A DNA stretch of 64,000 bases from Polyangiaceae bacterium (GTDB lineage Bacteria; Myxococcota_A; Polyangia; Polyangiales; Polyangiaceae), in NCBI GenBank assembly GCA_044376115.1, contig JBILLK010000021.1:1-64000 (forward strand), in the 5' to 3' direction. How positions within the stretch are numbered: the stretch's first letter is position 1; every line of letters begins with the position of its first letter. Below the pieces are notes generated by a model. It had not been told where the DNA came from, ran no database searches, and saw only the letters and a program-made list of their open reading frames with translations. Of this stretch, positions 18,053 through 28,097 are shown piece by piece. A program made the position numbers and the translations under genes.

Positions 18053-21000
18053 ATGACCAAAGTTCTACGAAATCACCACGCGCTCGGCGCGCCTTCTCCC
18101 TTGTCGTTTTCGGCGCTGCGTAAGCGACGTTTCGTGCGGCGAACCGCGCTGGTGCTGAGTCTTTTGGCGTTGCCCTTGGTCGAGTCGGCGCTGCCCGAGC
18201 ACGAAGCGCAGGGAGCCTGGCCGCCGCCGGAGTCGGCCACACCGACCGATCTGGCGGATCCGTCCAACTGGCCGAACGACCCTGACTACGCCTGGACGCC
18301 GGAAGGGTCGAACGGGCAGTGGAACTACTACTCGTTCATGGTGCCGAACGACAACGTGCGCCCCGAGGAGACGGCGACTGGCATGTCGATCGACATGGCC
18401 TGGCGCTTCACCACCGGCGACCCGCGCGTGGTCATCACCGTCACCGATAGCGGCGTGAAATGGGATGAGGCCGACATCATCGAAGCGGCCTTCATCAACC
18501 ACCGTGAGCTCGCAAATCACCGCCCTACCCTCGCTGACGGTTCGCCCTGCGGCGATCTCGACCCGCTGGTCTACCCGCTGGACGACTCGACTGCGCTTGC
18601 GGGCTTCGACTGCAACGGCGACGGCATCATCTCGGTCGGCGACTACAAGGACACGCCGACGCTCATTCCCGCGGCCTCCGAAGGGCATCCGTTGGGCGAC
18701 AAGAACAACAACGGCCAGTTCGACGCCGGCGATCTGATCCTCAACTTCAGCGACGGGGTCGACGACGACGGCAACGGTTACACCGACGACATCTCCGGCT
18801 GGGACTTCATGAAGGACGACAATGATCCTTATGACGATACCCGCTACGGCCACGGCACCGGGGAAGCGCGGAACTCGACCAGCCGCGCCAACAACGGCAT
18901 CGGCACCGCGGGTGGCTGTGCGGATTGCCGCGTGATCCATGCGCGCGTGGGGGACAGCTTCATCACCGACGTGAACGATTTTGGTCAGGCTGTGCTCTAC
19001 GCCACCGATATGCGCTCCAAGCTGGTGCAGAGCGCGCTCGGCACGGTGAACAACAACCAGTTCACGCAGGCCGCCCTCGACTACGCCTGGGACAACGGTG
19101 TGATCACCGTTGCCTCGATGGCCGATGAAAACGCGCGCCATCACAACATGCCGACGGTGTCGAACCACACCTTGCCGGTTCACGCCATCCAATACTCGGG
19201 CGAGCGCATTACCGAGGCGCGCACCTTCTTGCAGTACCACCCGTGCTCTAACTACGGCGCGCAGAACTTTCTCTCAGCGCCCGGCACCGGCTGCTCGAGC
19301 GAAGCCGTCGGACAAACCTCGGGCGTGGTCGGCTTGGTGTGGTCGGCGGGGCTCAAGTACGGCGTGGATCTGACGCCGGGGGAGGTCTTCCAGTTGATGA
19401 TCACCGGCGCAGACGACATCGACGTGCCGGAGTCACGCGAGGAGAACGCGCTCGACCGTTGGTCGCAGCCGGGCTTCGATCAGCGCTTCGGCTACGGCCG
19501 CGTCAACGCGAACAACGCGGTGGAGGCGGTCAAAGAAGGACGCATTCCGCCCGAGGTGGACGTAGTGAGCCCGACCTGGTTCACGGTGCTCTACAAAGAT
19601 CAGGTCACCGCGCCGATCCCGATCGTCGGGACGGTCAGCGCCAAGCGCGCCAACAACTACGACTACGTGGTTGAGTGGGCACCCGGCGTGCAGCCGCTCG
19701 ACAACGAGTTCATCGTGATCGACGAGAAGAAGGGCATCCCCGCGAGCACCGTCTCTGGCGCCAACGAGCCCCTCGCCGAGTTCGACATTCGAAACCTTGA
19801 TGGCCTGCCCATCCCCGAAGAGAAGTGGGACATCGACAGCTACCTCGGGGAAAACCAGCACACCGTGACTGTGCGCATTCGCTCGGTGGCGCATTACGGT
19901 GGTGAAATCGGTGACGTGCCCGGAGAGCTGCGCCGCGCCTACTACGTTCATTCGGATCCGGACCTGCTCAAGGGCTTTCCCGTGTACGTCGGGGACGGCG
20001 GCGAGAGCAGCCCGAAGATGGCCGACATGGACGGGGATGGCGTACGCGACTTGATCTACGCCACCGCTGGCGGCGAGCTGCACGTGCTCAAAATCACCGA
20101 TGACGGCCCGCAAGAGTTGCCCGGGTTCCCATTCCTGACGCGGCGCATGGACGGCCTCAACGAGAGCCCGACCGACGCGGGTGAGCCGAGCTATCTCGCA
20201 GCCATCGCCTACCAAAGCGGCGTCGATCCGGACCTCGGCCGCGAGTCGCTTTCGACGAGCGCTCCCGCCATTGCCGACCTCGATGGGGACGGGAAGAACG
20301 AGATCGTGTTAGCGACCTACGCCGGCACCATCTACGTGCTCGAGGACGACGGCTCGGTCAAAGCTGGCTGGCCCAAGCGACTCGAGCGAGTTCCATCCTG
20401 TTCGCTGGATCCGTCGGCGCCAACGGTTGGTCCGTGCATGTCGACCGAGAGTCGCATCGCGCGCGGGATGTTCGCAGCGCCGGTGCTCGCGGACATGGAC
20501 AACGACGGTGCGCTCGACATCGTTGCCGCAGCGTTCGACGGTCACATCTACGTGTTCGACGCGGACGGCGGGGACGTCGCTGGCTGGCCGGTGGAGGTCC
20601 GCTACCAAGGTCCCTTCGGTGGCAGCGTGCCGCCGCCGAACCGCATCTTCACCACCCCGGCCGTGGCTGATTTCAACGCTGACGGCTTTCCGGATCTTGT
20701 CGTCGGTTCGAGTCAGACCATCGGCGAGGGCGGTAACTCCGGAGCGGTCTACTTGGTGGACGGTCGCGGGACCGCCGCTCCAACGCCGTACTTCGAGAAC
20801 TGGCCGGTAACGATGACCTCGCTCAATCTGTTTCCGCTGGTCGCCGAGGGCGTGACCAACGCGGCCGTCGTCGGCACCTTCGACGGAGTGTTAGCAGCGG
20901 CTGCACACGGCAACGGTTCGTCGCCGTTGATCATGCCGGCCGATCCGGGCGAACAACAGGCGCTCTCGACCTACCCGCCCTTCATCCTGCCGCAACGTTC

Positions 21001-21829
21001 TGCGGCCGACGGAGGTAATGGCTTGGATCCGTCGAGCGTGTTTGGTCCGCTCACCAAGGCCAATACGCCCAACACGATGTTGCCGCTCTTCTCGCAGCCG
21101 AGCTTGGGCGACATGGATCAAGACGGTTCACCGGATATCGTCGCAACCGGCGGCTCGCTCACGCTTGCGCTCAACATCCAATCGCCAAGCGACAACCTCA
21201 AAGGCGACAACCTGCTCGCGATGTGGAGCGTGAAGACGGGCAAGATGCTGCCGGCCTCACCGATGCTGCTCGAGGACTTCACCTTCCTCAACAGCTCTTC
21301 GGTGGCTGACCTCACGGGGGACGGCTACCCCGAGGCGATCATCGGCTCGGGCGGCTACTACCTGCACGCGTATGACGGTTGTGCGCGCGAGCCCGAAGGC
21401 TGGCCCAAGTTCACCGGCCAGTGGATCATCCCCACGCCGGTCGTGGGCGACATCGACGGTGACGGCACGCTCGAAGTGGCGGTTGGAACCCGCAACGGCT
21501 GGCTTTATGCGTGGCACACCGGCGCCTCCGACCAGAACGTGATCGAGTGGGAGAGCTATCACCACGACAACCGCAACACTGGCAACTACGATCTGCCGCT
21601 CGAGCAGGGTGGGCCGCGCACGGCCAAAGAGCCGCTCACCGAGGCCACTTGCGCTGAGCCGGTGCCGGTACCGGAGCCGGAAGACGAGAGGTACTCGGTT
21701 GCAGGCGGTTGTACCTGCGAGACCAGCGACGCGGGCAGCACCGGAGGCGCAAAGGCGCTTTTGGCCCTCGGAGTTTTGGGCCTGCTCGCGACCCGACGCT
21801 CACGCACTTCAGCGAAGGCACGTTCATGA
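18053..21829 (+). CDS. S8 (subtilase) family peptidase with FG-GAP/VCBS repeats and MYXO-CTERM tail
   Basis: ITVTDSGV (Asp), HGTGEA (His), GCSSEA (Ser region), FGYGRVNA; many D-x-DGDG repeats; GGCTC...LLALGVLGLLATRRSR. Confidence 0.88.
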   Translation: MTKVLRNHHALGAPSPLSFSALRKRRFVRRTALVLSLLALPLVESALPEHEAQGAWPPPESATPTDLADPSNWPNDPDYAWTPEGSNGQWNYYSFMVPNDNVRPEETATGMSIDMAWRFTTGDPRVVITVTDSGVKWDEADIIEAAFINHRELANHRPTLADGSPCGDLDPLVYPLDDSTALAGFDCNGDGIISVGDYKDTPTLIPAASEGHPLGDKNNNGQFDAGDLILNFSDGVDDDGNGYTDDISGWDFMKDDNDPYDDTRYGHGTGEARNSTSRANNGIGTAGGCADCRVIHARVGDSFITDVNDFGQAVLYATDMRSKLVQSALGTVNNNQFTQAALDYAWDNGVITVASMADENARHHNMPTVSNHTLPVHAIQYSGERITEARTFLQYHPCSNYGAQNFLSAPGTGCSSEAVGQTSGVVGLVWSAGLKYGVDLTPGEVFQLMITGADDIDVPESREENALDRWSQPGFDQRFGYGRVNANNAVEAVKEGRIPPEVDVVSPTWFTVLYKDQVTAPIPIVGTVSAKRANNYDYVVEWAPGVQPLDNEFIVIDEKKGIPASTVSGANEPLAEFDIRNLDGLPIPEEKWDIDSYLGENQHTVTVRIRSVAHYGGEIGDVPGELRRAYYVHSDPDLLKGFPVYVGDGGESSPKMADMDGDGVRDLIYATAGGELHVLKITDDGPQELPGFPFLTRRMDGLNESPTDAGEPSYLAAIAYQSGVDPDLGRESLSTSAPAIADLDGDGKNEIVLATYAGTIYVLEDDGSVKAGWPKRLERVPSCSLDPSAPTVGPCMSTESRIARGMFAAPVLADMDNDGALDIVAAAFDGHIYVFDADGGDVAGWPVEVRYQGPFGGSVPPPNRIFTTPAVADFNADGFPDLVVGSSQTIGEGGNSGAVYLVDGRGTAAPTPYFENWPVTMTSLNLFPLVAEGVTNAAVVGTFDGVLAAAAHGNGSSPLIMPADPGEQQALSTYPPFILPQRSAADGGNGLDPSSVFGPLTKANTPNTMLPLFSQPSLGDMDQDGSPDIVATGGSLTLALNIQSPSDNLKGDNLLAMWSVKTGKMLPASPMLLEDFTFLNSSSVADLTGDGYPEAIIGSGGYYLHAYDGCAREPEGWPKFTGQWIIPTPVVGDIDGDGTLEVAVGTRNGWLYAWHTGASDQNVIEWESYHHDNRNTGNYDLPLEQGGPRTAKEPLTEATCAEPVPVPEPEDERYSVAGGCTCETSDAGSTGGAKALLALGVLGLLATRRSRTSAKARS

Positions 21830-22863
21830 TTGGCACTTCCGGCCTCACAGGGGTGATCGGCAACACCCCGCTCATCAAGCTGCGCGGAGCCTCCGAAGAG
21901 ACGGGCTGCACGATCCTCGGCAAGGCCGAGTTCATGAATCCCGGCCAGTCGGTCAAGGATCGGGCCGCGCTCGCGATCATCGAAGATGCGGTGCAGCGCG
22001 GCCAATTGCGCCCCGGCGGGACCATCGTCGAAGGCACGGCCGGCAACACCGGCATCGGCCTTACGTTGGTGGGCAACGCGCTCGGGTATCGCTCGGTGAT
22101 CGTGATGCCGGACACACAGTCCCAAGAGAAGAAGGACACCCTCAAGCTGCTCGGCGCCGAGCTGGTGCTGGTCCCCGCCGTCCCGTACAAGAACCCGAAC
22201 AACTACGTAAAATACTCGGGCCGGCTGGCAGAAGCGCTCGCGCGGACCGAAGCGAACGGGGCGATCTGGGCCAACCAGTTCGACAACGTGGCCAATCGCA
22301 ACGCGCATGTGAACACCACCGCGCCCGAGATCTTGCGGGACCTCGACGGCAAGCTCGACGGCTTCATTTGCGCCGTGGGTTCTGGTGGAACGTTGGCGGG
22401 CGTCGCCGAGGGTTTGCGCGCCAAGAACCCCAACATCAAGATCGGGCTCGCGGATCCGCCAGGAGCGGCGATGTACGAGTACTTCACGAGCGGTGAACTC
22501 AAAGCCGAGGGTTCGTCGATCACCGAGGGCATCGGGCAAGGCCGCATCACCAAAAACCTCGAGGGCCTCAAGGTGGACCACGCCTTCCGCATCGACGACG
22601 AAGAGGCCGTAAACATCGTGTTTCAGCTGCTCGCCGAAGAGGGGCTCTGCCTCGGCGCCTCCTCCGGTGTGAACGTCGCAGGAGCCATCAAGTTGGCCAA
22701 AGCGCTTGGGCCTGGCAAAACGATCGTGACGATCCTCTGTGACTACGGCACCCGTTATCAGTCCAAGCTCTACAACCCGGAGTTTCTTCGCTCCAAAGGG
22801 CTGCCTGTACCTGCCTGGCTGCAGACTACCCGGGCGGTCCCAACGGTGTTCGAGCCAACCTGA
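21826..22863 (+). CDS. cysK: Cysteine synthase (PLP-dependent)
   Basis: IGNTPLIKL, KAEFMNPGQSVKDR, EGTAGNTGIGL, GSGGTLAG, TEGIGQ; ATGA overlap with the peptidase stop. Confidence 0.93.
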   Translation: MIGTSGLTGVIGNTPLIKLRGASEETGCTILGKAEFMNPGQSVKDRAALAIIEDAVQRGQLRPGGTIVEGTAGNTGIGLTLVGNALGYRSVIVMPDTQSQEKKDTLKLLGAELVLVPAVPYKNPNNYVKYSGRLAEALARTEANGAIWANQFDNVANRNAHVNTTAPEILRDLDGKLDGFICAVGSGGTLAGVAEGLRAKNPNIKIGLADPPGAAMYEYFTSGELKAEGSSITEGIGQGRITKNLEGLKVDHAFRIDDEEAVNIVFQLLAEEGLCLGASSGVNVAGAIKLAKALGPGKTIVTILCDYGTRYQSKLYNPEFLRSKGLPVPAWLQTTRAVPTVFEPT

Positions 22864-22872
22864 GCGAGGCTC

Positions 22873-23187
22873 ATGAGCGAGACCTTGCTCGTCGATCATG
22901 CGCGGCTCAACGCCGTCACCAACGCCGACCCGGAGCTCCGCGCGGAGCTCGTGGAGTTGTTCATTCAGCAAGCCGAGCGGCGCGTCTGCGAGTGTGAAAC
23001 GGCTGGGACCGACGACAAGCAACTGGCCCGGGCGGCGCACGCGCTGCGAGGCTTGTCGCAGAGCTTCGGAGCGCCTCGGCTCGCGGAGATCGCCCTGGCT
23101 CTCGAGCAGGGTAGCCCCGCACCAGCGCAATTCGCCGACCTTCGCGCCACGCTCGAGGCGACCCTAAACGAACTAGCGCGCTTGTAA
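22873..23187 (+). CDS. Stand-alone Hpt (histidine phosphotransfer) protein
   Basis: ELVELFIQQ...AAHALRGLSQSFGAPRLAEIALALE. Confidence 0.88.
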   Translation: MSETLLVDHARLNAVTNADPELRAELVELFIQQAERRVCECETAGTDDKQLARAAHALRGLSQSFGAPRLAEIALALEQGSPAPAQFADLRATLEATLNELARL

Positions 23188-23210
23188 GTCGCGGGCGCTT
23201 CGGTTCAACG

Positions 23211-23243
23211 AACAAGGCCGCAGACAGGGTCCGCGGCCTTGTT
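23211..23243. terminator. Probable bidirectional intrinsic terminator
   Basis: AACAAGGCCGC-N11-GCGGCCTTGTT inverted repeat between convergent genes. Confidence 0.7.
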
Positions 23244-23262
23244 GATTGAGCTTATTGCGAGT

Positions 23263-24405
23263 TCAACCAGCGGTGAGCTGCTTGGCGATCACGATGCGCT
23301 GGATTTGGCTGGTTCCTTCGTAGATTTGCAGGACCTTCGCGTCGCGCATCAACTTCTCCACCGGGTACTCCTTGGTGAAGCCGTTACCGCCAAACACCTG
23401 CACAGCGTCCACGGCCGTCTGCATGGCCGAGTCTGCGCCGAAGGCCTTGGCGATAGCCGAGGTCATCGGGTCACGCAGATGCTGATCGAGCTGCCAACCG
23501 GCCTTCATGTACAGCAAGCGCGTGGCTTCCACCTTGATGGCCATCTCCGCGAGCATCGCGGCCACCAACTGGTGCTGAGCGATGGGTACACCGAAGGTCT
23601 TGCGCTCCTTGGCGTAGGCCACCGACTCATCGAGCGCGCGTTGCATCAAACCGGTGGCGCCCGCTGCGATGTCGGGGCGGGTCTGGTTGAAGGTCTCCAT
23701 CGCCAGTTTGAAGCCGTGCCCAGCGGGCGCGAGCATGTTCTCCTTCTTCACCACCACGTCCTCGAAGTGGACGACGGCTGTGTCACTGGCGCGTTGACCG
23801 AGTTTGTCTTCCTTCTTACCGACCTTGAGGCCGACCGAGTCCCGGTCAACGATGAAGGCACCGATGCCCTTGTGACGCAGCGCCGTGTCTGCGGTGGCGA
23901 AGACCACGTAGAAACTGGCGTAGCTCGCGTTGGTGATCCAGCACTTCTGGCCGGTGAGCACGTACTCATCCCCCACCTGGCGGAAGCGCGTCGCGAGGCT
24001 CGCTACGTCGGAGCCGGCGTTGGGCTCGCTGGTGCAGTAGCTGGCCATGATCGGCTCGGCCATCAGCGCGCCGAGGTACTTCTTCTTTTGCTCGTCATTG
24101 CCGCCCAGCCGAATCGGCGTGAGGGCCAGTTGATTGGCCGTGATGCTGGTTTGGATGCCGGTGCAACCGTAGGCCAACTGCTCGGTGATCAGCGCGTTCT
24201 CGAGCTCACCCAAGCCGGGACCACCGTACTCGGCGGGCACCGAGGGGTTGACCAGACCGAGCTCCCAAGCGGCTCGAAAAACGTCCATCGGAAACTTCGA
24301 GTCCCTATCGCACTCGGCCGCCACCGGAATGATGCGCTCCTTTGTGAAGCGGCGGGCTGTGTCAATCAGGGCCTTGTGCTCATCGCTCATCGAAAAATCG
24401 ACCAC
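23263..24405 (-). CDS. Acyl-CoA dehydrogenase
   Basis: YCTSEPNAGSD, GQKCWITNA, KLGQRASDT, AVQVFGGNGFTKEYPVEKLMRDAK..QIYEGTSQIQR. Confidence 0.97.
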   Translation of the reverse strand: MVDFSMSDEHKALIDTARRFTKERIIPVAAECDRDSKFPMDVFRAAWELGLVNPSVPAEYGGPGLGELENALITEQLAYGCTGIQTSITANQLALTPIRLGGNDEQKKKYLGALMAEPIMASYCTSEPNAGSDVASLATRFRQVGDEYVLTGQKCWITNASYASFYVVFATADTALRHKGIGAFIVDRDSVGLKVGKKEDKLGQRASDTAVVHFEDVVVKKENMLAPAGHGFKLAMETFNQTRPDIAAGATGLMQRALDESVAYAKERKTFGVPIAQHQLVAAMLAEMAIKVEATRLLYMKAGWQLDQHLRDPMTSAIAKAFGADSAMQTAVDAVQVFGGNGFTKEYPVEKLMRDAKVLQIYEGTSQIQRIVIAKQLTAG

Positions 24406-24411
24406 GGCTGC

Positions 24412-24555
24412 TTACTCCTTCATGCGCCTTCGTTGGCGTTCGAACTCGGCTCGTACGGCCCTTGCCCCGAGCGTGTATCCCAAGATCACTCCCACGAGGA
24501 GCACGCACGGGATGAAAAGCACGTGCTCCGATGTCATTTGGCCGAAGTTCGGCAT
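24412..24555 (-). CDS. 47-aa single-TM protein, not in the ORF track
   Basis: MPNFGQMTSEHVLFIPCVLLVGVILGYTLGARAVRAEFERQRRRMKE*; ATG overlaps the upstream TGA (TGATG). Confidence 0.75.
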   Translation of the reverse strand: MPNFGQMTSEHVLFIPCVLLVGVILGYTLGARAVRAEFERQRRRMKE

Positions 24556-24833
24556 CAGTCAATCTCTCTTGGCAGCTTGGCGCCGGGATCCGCGGCGCGC
24601 GCTTTCTCATGCTCAACCCGAGCCCGCTTGAGGCCGAGATCGATCGCTTCAAGTTTGCTTTCGAGCGAGCGGGTTCTGCGCCAGGCGAAGAAGATGAACA
24701 GGAAGGTGAGCGCCCAGATCGCCACGTAGGCCTCGATCAAGAGCCACTCGCCGCTTTGCGTCTCCGGCGGGGCCACCGGCGCGGACGCCTCGGTGCTGGG
24801 TGTCGGCTCTGCTTTGGTCTGAAAAATCGTCAC
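24555..24833 (-). CDS. ccmD: CcmD-like heme exporter accessory protein
   Basis: LLIEAYVAIWALTFLFIFFAWRR TM followed by charged helix; directly downstream of ccmC; GTG start with GGAG RBS. Confidence 0.75.
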   Translation of the reverse strand: MTIFQTKAEPTPSTEASAPVAPPETQSGEWLLIEAYVAIWALTFLFIFFAWRRTRSLESKLEAIDLGLKRARVEHEKARAADPGAKLPREID

Positions 24834-24849
24834 GCTTCGACTCCAATCT

Positions 24850-25551
24850 TCAATCGTCGACCAAGCCAAGTGCCGAGGCTTCATCGAGAGCCTCGTCGAT
24901 GCGGGCCTGCGCTCGATCTTGGCGCACGCGAAGCCAAATCAAGAGCAGGGTGAGCAAGGTGAAGGCGATGACTCCGTACAGCAAACCGAGCTTCATGTTG
25001 GGATCATTCAGCCCGCCGCCCTTGCCTGTGATCACCTGCGGATGGGTGCCGCCCCACTTGCGAACCGAGAGATGGATGATGGGGAGGTTGGCGGCGCCGA
25101 GGATGCCGAGCGCTGCAGCGAACTTCTTCTCCGCCTCACCGCCTCCGGTGAAGGCCCGCAGCACCACGTAGGCGACGTACACCAGGACGCTCAAGAGGGA
25201 GGTCGTCAGCCGTGGATCCCAGGTCCAATACACGCCCCAGGCTTTGGCTGCCCAAAGGGGCCCGGAGATCAACACCATCAGGCCCATGATCACCGCTACC
25301 TCTGCGCCCGCCCGCGCGAGCGAATCCCAGAACTGCGTGCCGCGAGCCAAATAGCCGATCGACCCGACGAGACACGCGACAGCACCCAAGTACATCGCGT
25401 AGGCCGAGGGCACGTGGAAGTAGAAGATCTTCTGCACGATGCCCATGGTGGCCTCGGTTGGGACCACGTAGGCGATGAAGTGGAGCGTACCCAGAATCGC
25501 CAGCGCGGTGATTCCGGTGAAGAGCCCAAAGAGGCCGTCGATCTTCTTCAA
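24850..25551 (-). CDS. ccmC: Heme exporter CcmC (cytochrome c maturation)
   Basis: QKIFYFHVPSA, WWD domain GPLWAAKAWGVYWTWDPRLT, IIHLSVRKWGGTHP. Confidence 0.93.
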   Translation of the reverse strand: MKKIDGLFGLFTGITALAILGTLHFIAYVVPTEATMGIVQKIFYFHVPSAYAMYLGAVACLVGSIGYLARGTQFWDSLARAGAEVAVIMGLMVLISGPLWAAKAWGVYWTWDPRLTTSLLSVLVYVAYVVLRAFTGGGEAEKKFAAALGILGAANLPIIHLSVRKWGGTHPQVITGKGGGLNDPNMKLGLLYGVIAFTLLTLLLIWLRVRQDRAQARIDEALDEASALGLVDD

Positions 25552-25638
25552 AGTGGAATGACGGTAGTGGGAACCTAGCGGGTATTCAAGCCGACCGCGC
25601 GAAGGTATCCTCCGGCTTCTCCTTCGGCCGAAAACACC

Positions 25639-27645
25639 GTGGCTTCCTTACCCAAGAAGAATGAAGTGATTGCGTCTGACCCCTCTCAACTCGCCGCGGG
25701 AACGGTCATCGACGGTCGCTACAAGATCCAACGCGTGATTGGCGTTGGCGGCACGGGCATCGTTTACGAGGTCGAACATCTGCGAACAGGGCAGGCCCTG
25801 GCGCTCAAAACGCTGCTGGATCCCTTGAATAGCGCGAGGCTCGAACAAGAGGCGCGCGCGCTCGCACGGCTCAAGAGCGCCCATATCGTCAAGGTGGTAG
25901 ACCTCGGCACGCATACCCCTACCCGCGGCTTCGGCGCAAAAGAGCCGCCCAGCCCCTTCATGGTGATGAGCCTCTTGCGCGGGCGCAATCTGCGCGAGCT
26001 GCTCGAGACGCGCTTGCAGCTGGAATTAGGCTTCGTCGCCAACGTGATCGTGCAGGTATGTGAGGGCCTGGAGGAAGCGCACGCTGCCGGGCTCGTGCAT
26101 CGGGACCTCAAGCCAGACAACGTTCACCTCACGAGCGACAAGGCCAACGTGGTCGACGTCGCCAAAGAGATCGTGTTTGCCACGGTGTTCGACTTCGGCG
26201 TGGTGAAGCTCACCGCTGCCGAGCTCAACAACCCACTGACGCGCACCGGCTCCACGGTTGGTACGCCCTACTACATGAGCCTCGAGCAGTTGCGCGGCAG
26301 CGGCACGGTGGACACGCAGACCGACATCTACGCGCTGTGCGTGATGGCGTACGAGTGTTTGGCGGGGAAGCGGCCTTTTGAGGCCGGTACGCTCGGGGAT
26401 TTGATCTTCGCGATCTGCTCGACCCAGCCTGTGCCGCTGCGCGATAGCCGCCCGGAGATTCCGGAGGCGCTCGAGAAGCTGATCATGCGCGGGTTGGCGC
26501 GTGAGAAGGCCGACCGACCAAAGACCATGCGGGAGGTGGCCGAGGCGTTTGCGCCCTACGCCGATGCTTCCTTCACGTTTTGGCTGCGCGACTCGGCGCT
26601 GTCCAAGGCCGTGGTGGTGGCGCGGGCCGCTGATCCTTCCGCCAGCGCAGCGCAGCCCGTACGCGGCGGAACCGATCCGGGAGTGGAGGACCCTGCGACC
26701 TTCAAAGGGCCCGCGTCGGACAAACCCACAGCGCCGCTCAACAACGCGTTCTTGCCGCCAATCGGTAGTCCGCCGATGCCGAAGATGCCACCGCCGGCGC
26801 CGAGTTCGCGAGGCGCACTTCCCAGCGTCGTTGGCCCGCCGGTCATCGCCGCCACGACAACGTCGCCAGCCCCGGTTGTTTCGGCTGCGCCGGTTGTTTC
26901 GGCTGGGCCCGCGGTTAAAGCTGCGCCAGCCGTTTCGGCTGTGGCCGACCCAGCGTCGGCGCCGCGGCCGGTCGCCCCGCGGCCCGCCTTGCGGGTCGAT
27001 GGTGACCGCGAAACGCCGACCGAAATGTTCACGCAGGACATGCACGGGGACGGGGTCGACATCGATCCGCCCACCGGCGTAGCCCGGCTCGCTCCGCTCG
27101 AGCCTGCCGCGCCCTCCAACGAAGATCGCACCGCCGTCCTCTCTCTGGCCGAGGTTGCGCTCAGCGAACCGGTCCTGCACCACTCGCAGGCGCTGCCGCT
27201 CCATCCGCCACCGTCGCAGCCCAACGCCAGCCCTGTGTTCGGCCCGCCCAGCGAAGGTCATCGCCCAAGCCTCGCCTCGCTCGACCCGAAGCACGCGACG
27301 CTGCAAACGCAGGCGATTCCACCGAACCTGTTGGTCGCCGCGCAACAATCACAACAATCGCAACAGGCGCACAAACTCCCCGATCGCACGCCGCCGCTAT
27401 CGCAGCCCGGCTTGGTGCAAGCGCCTCAGGGTCACGCCGTTTCTTCGGCGGCGCCGCCCCATCAACCGGATCGCTTGGCGGTGTTTCTCGAGCAGCTGCG
27501 CGTGCGTGGCACCGAAGCCGCGTTCAACGGTCGCATGAAATTTCGCTCGGCCACGCCCGAGCAGCAAATCGTGCTGGTCGCCGTCGGGACCGCCCTCTTG
27601 GCGGTGGTGGTGGTGCTGCTGGTGTGGCTTTTGTTCTTGCGCTGA
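25639..27645 (+). CDS. Ser/Thr protein kinase, membrane-anchored
   Basis: IGVGGTGIVY, ALK, HRDLKPDN, DFG, GTPYYMSLEQ; Pro/Ala-rich linker; C-terminal TM. Confidence 0.96.
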   Translation: MASLPKKNEVIASDPSQLAAGTVIDGRYKIQRVIGVGGTGIVYEVEHLRTGQALALKTLLDPLNSARLEQEARALARLKSAHIVKVVDLGTHTPTRGFGAKEPPSPFMVMSLLRGRNLRELLETRLQLELGFVANVIVQVCEGLEEAHAAGLVHRDLKPDNVHLTSDKANVVDVAKEIVFATVFDFGVVKLTAAELNNPLTRTGSTVGTPYYMSLEQLRGSGTVDTQTDIYALCVMAYECLAGKRPFEAGTLGDLIFAICSTQPVPLRDSRPEIPEALEKLIMRGLAREKADRPKTMREVAEAFAPYADASFTFWLRDSALSKAVVVARAADPSASAAQPVRGGTDPGVEDPATFKGPASDKPTAPLNNAFLPPIGSPPMPKMPPPAPSSRGALPSVVGPPVIAATTTSPAPVVSAAPVVSAGPAVKAAPAVSAVADPASAPRPVAPRPALRVDGDRETPTEMFTQDMHGDGVDIDPPTGVARLAPLEPAAPSNEDRTAVLSLAEVALSEPVLHHSQALPLHPPPSQPNASPVFGPPSEGHRPSLASLDPKHATLQTQAIPPNLLVAAQQSQQSQQAHKLPDRTPPLSQPGLVQAPQGHAVSSAAPPHQPDRLAVFLEQLRVRGTEAAFNGRMKFRSATPEQQIVLVAVGTALLAVVVVLLVWLLFLR

Positions 27646-27647
27646 GT

Positions 27648-28091
27648 TCAGCGATAAGGCGTGGCCCGCGGGCTGGCGTCGTAGAGCGATCGCTCGTAGT
27701 CGAACGTCACGTACAACAAGCGTTGGCCATCGCCGGAGACATACAGGCCGGGCCACGAGTTCAGCCATTCGTTTTGCATGCTGCTCGCGAGCAGCTCGAG
27801 CGCCGGTGCTTGCCGCGGATCGAAGCGAACGATCCAAGCGGAACTCGCGCTGAGCCAACTGAGCACGTCCTTGGGCTGCGGGACCACCAAGAGTTCAGGC
27901 AAAGCCGCACGTTCGAATGCCGCGTGCATAGCGAGCGGCGGCACTAGCTCCGTCTTTAGTTCCGGCCCGACGAAGGTCTTGAGCACCTCCACACGGCGAC
28001 GCTGTGTGAGCTTGGGATTGAGCGTGGCCATGCGCACGCCGAGCGCTCGCAAGCGAGCGAGTTGTCGGCGATGCAGCGCGAGCCAGTCCAT
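27648..28091 (-). CDS. Hypothetical protein
   Basis: 147-aa ORF immediately downstream of the 28098-29093 gene; no motif recognised. Confidence 0.55.
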   Translation of the reverse strand: MDWLALHRRQLARLRALGVRMATLNPKLTQRRRVEVLKTFVGPELKTELVPPLAMHAAFERAALPELLVVPQPKDVLSWLSASSAWIVRFDPRQAPALELLASSMQNEWLNSWPGLYVSGDGQRLLYVTFDYERSLYDASPRATPYR

Positions 28092-28097
28092 CCGAAG

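Noticed and set aside
18000..18242. N-terminal extension of the selA ORF
   Set aside because: It overlaps the divergent peptidase; SelA similarity begins at MTADYSQFPRVD (17999)
21586..24729. Long antisense ORFs (21586-23130, 23239-24729; likewise 26026-27348, 52672-54087, 61422-62507)
   Set aside because: They lie opposite clearly recognisable genes; these are shadow ORFs expected from high-GC codon bias, with no motifs
26870..26945. 18-bp tandem repeats (APVVSA) in the kinase linker
   Set aside because: Ordinary low-complexity coding repeats in a Pro/Ala-rich linker
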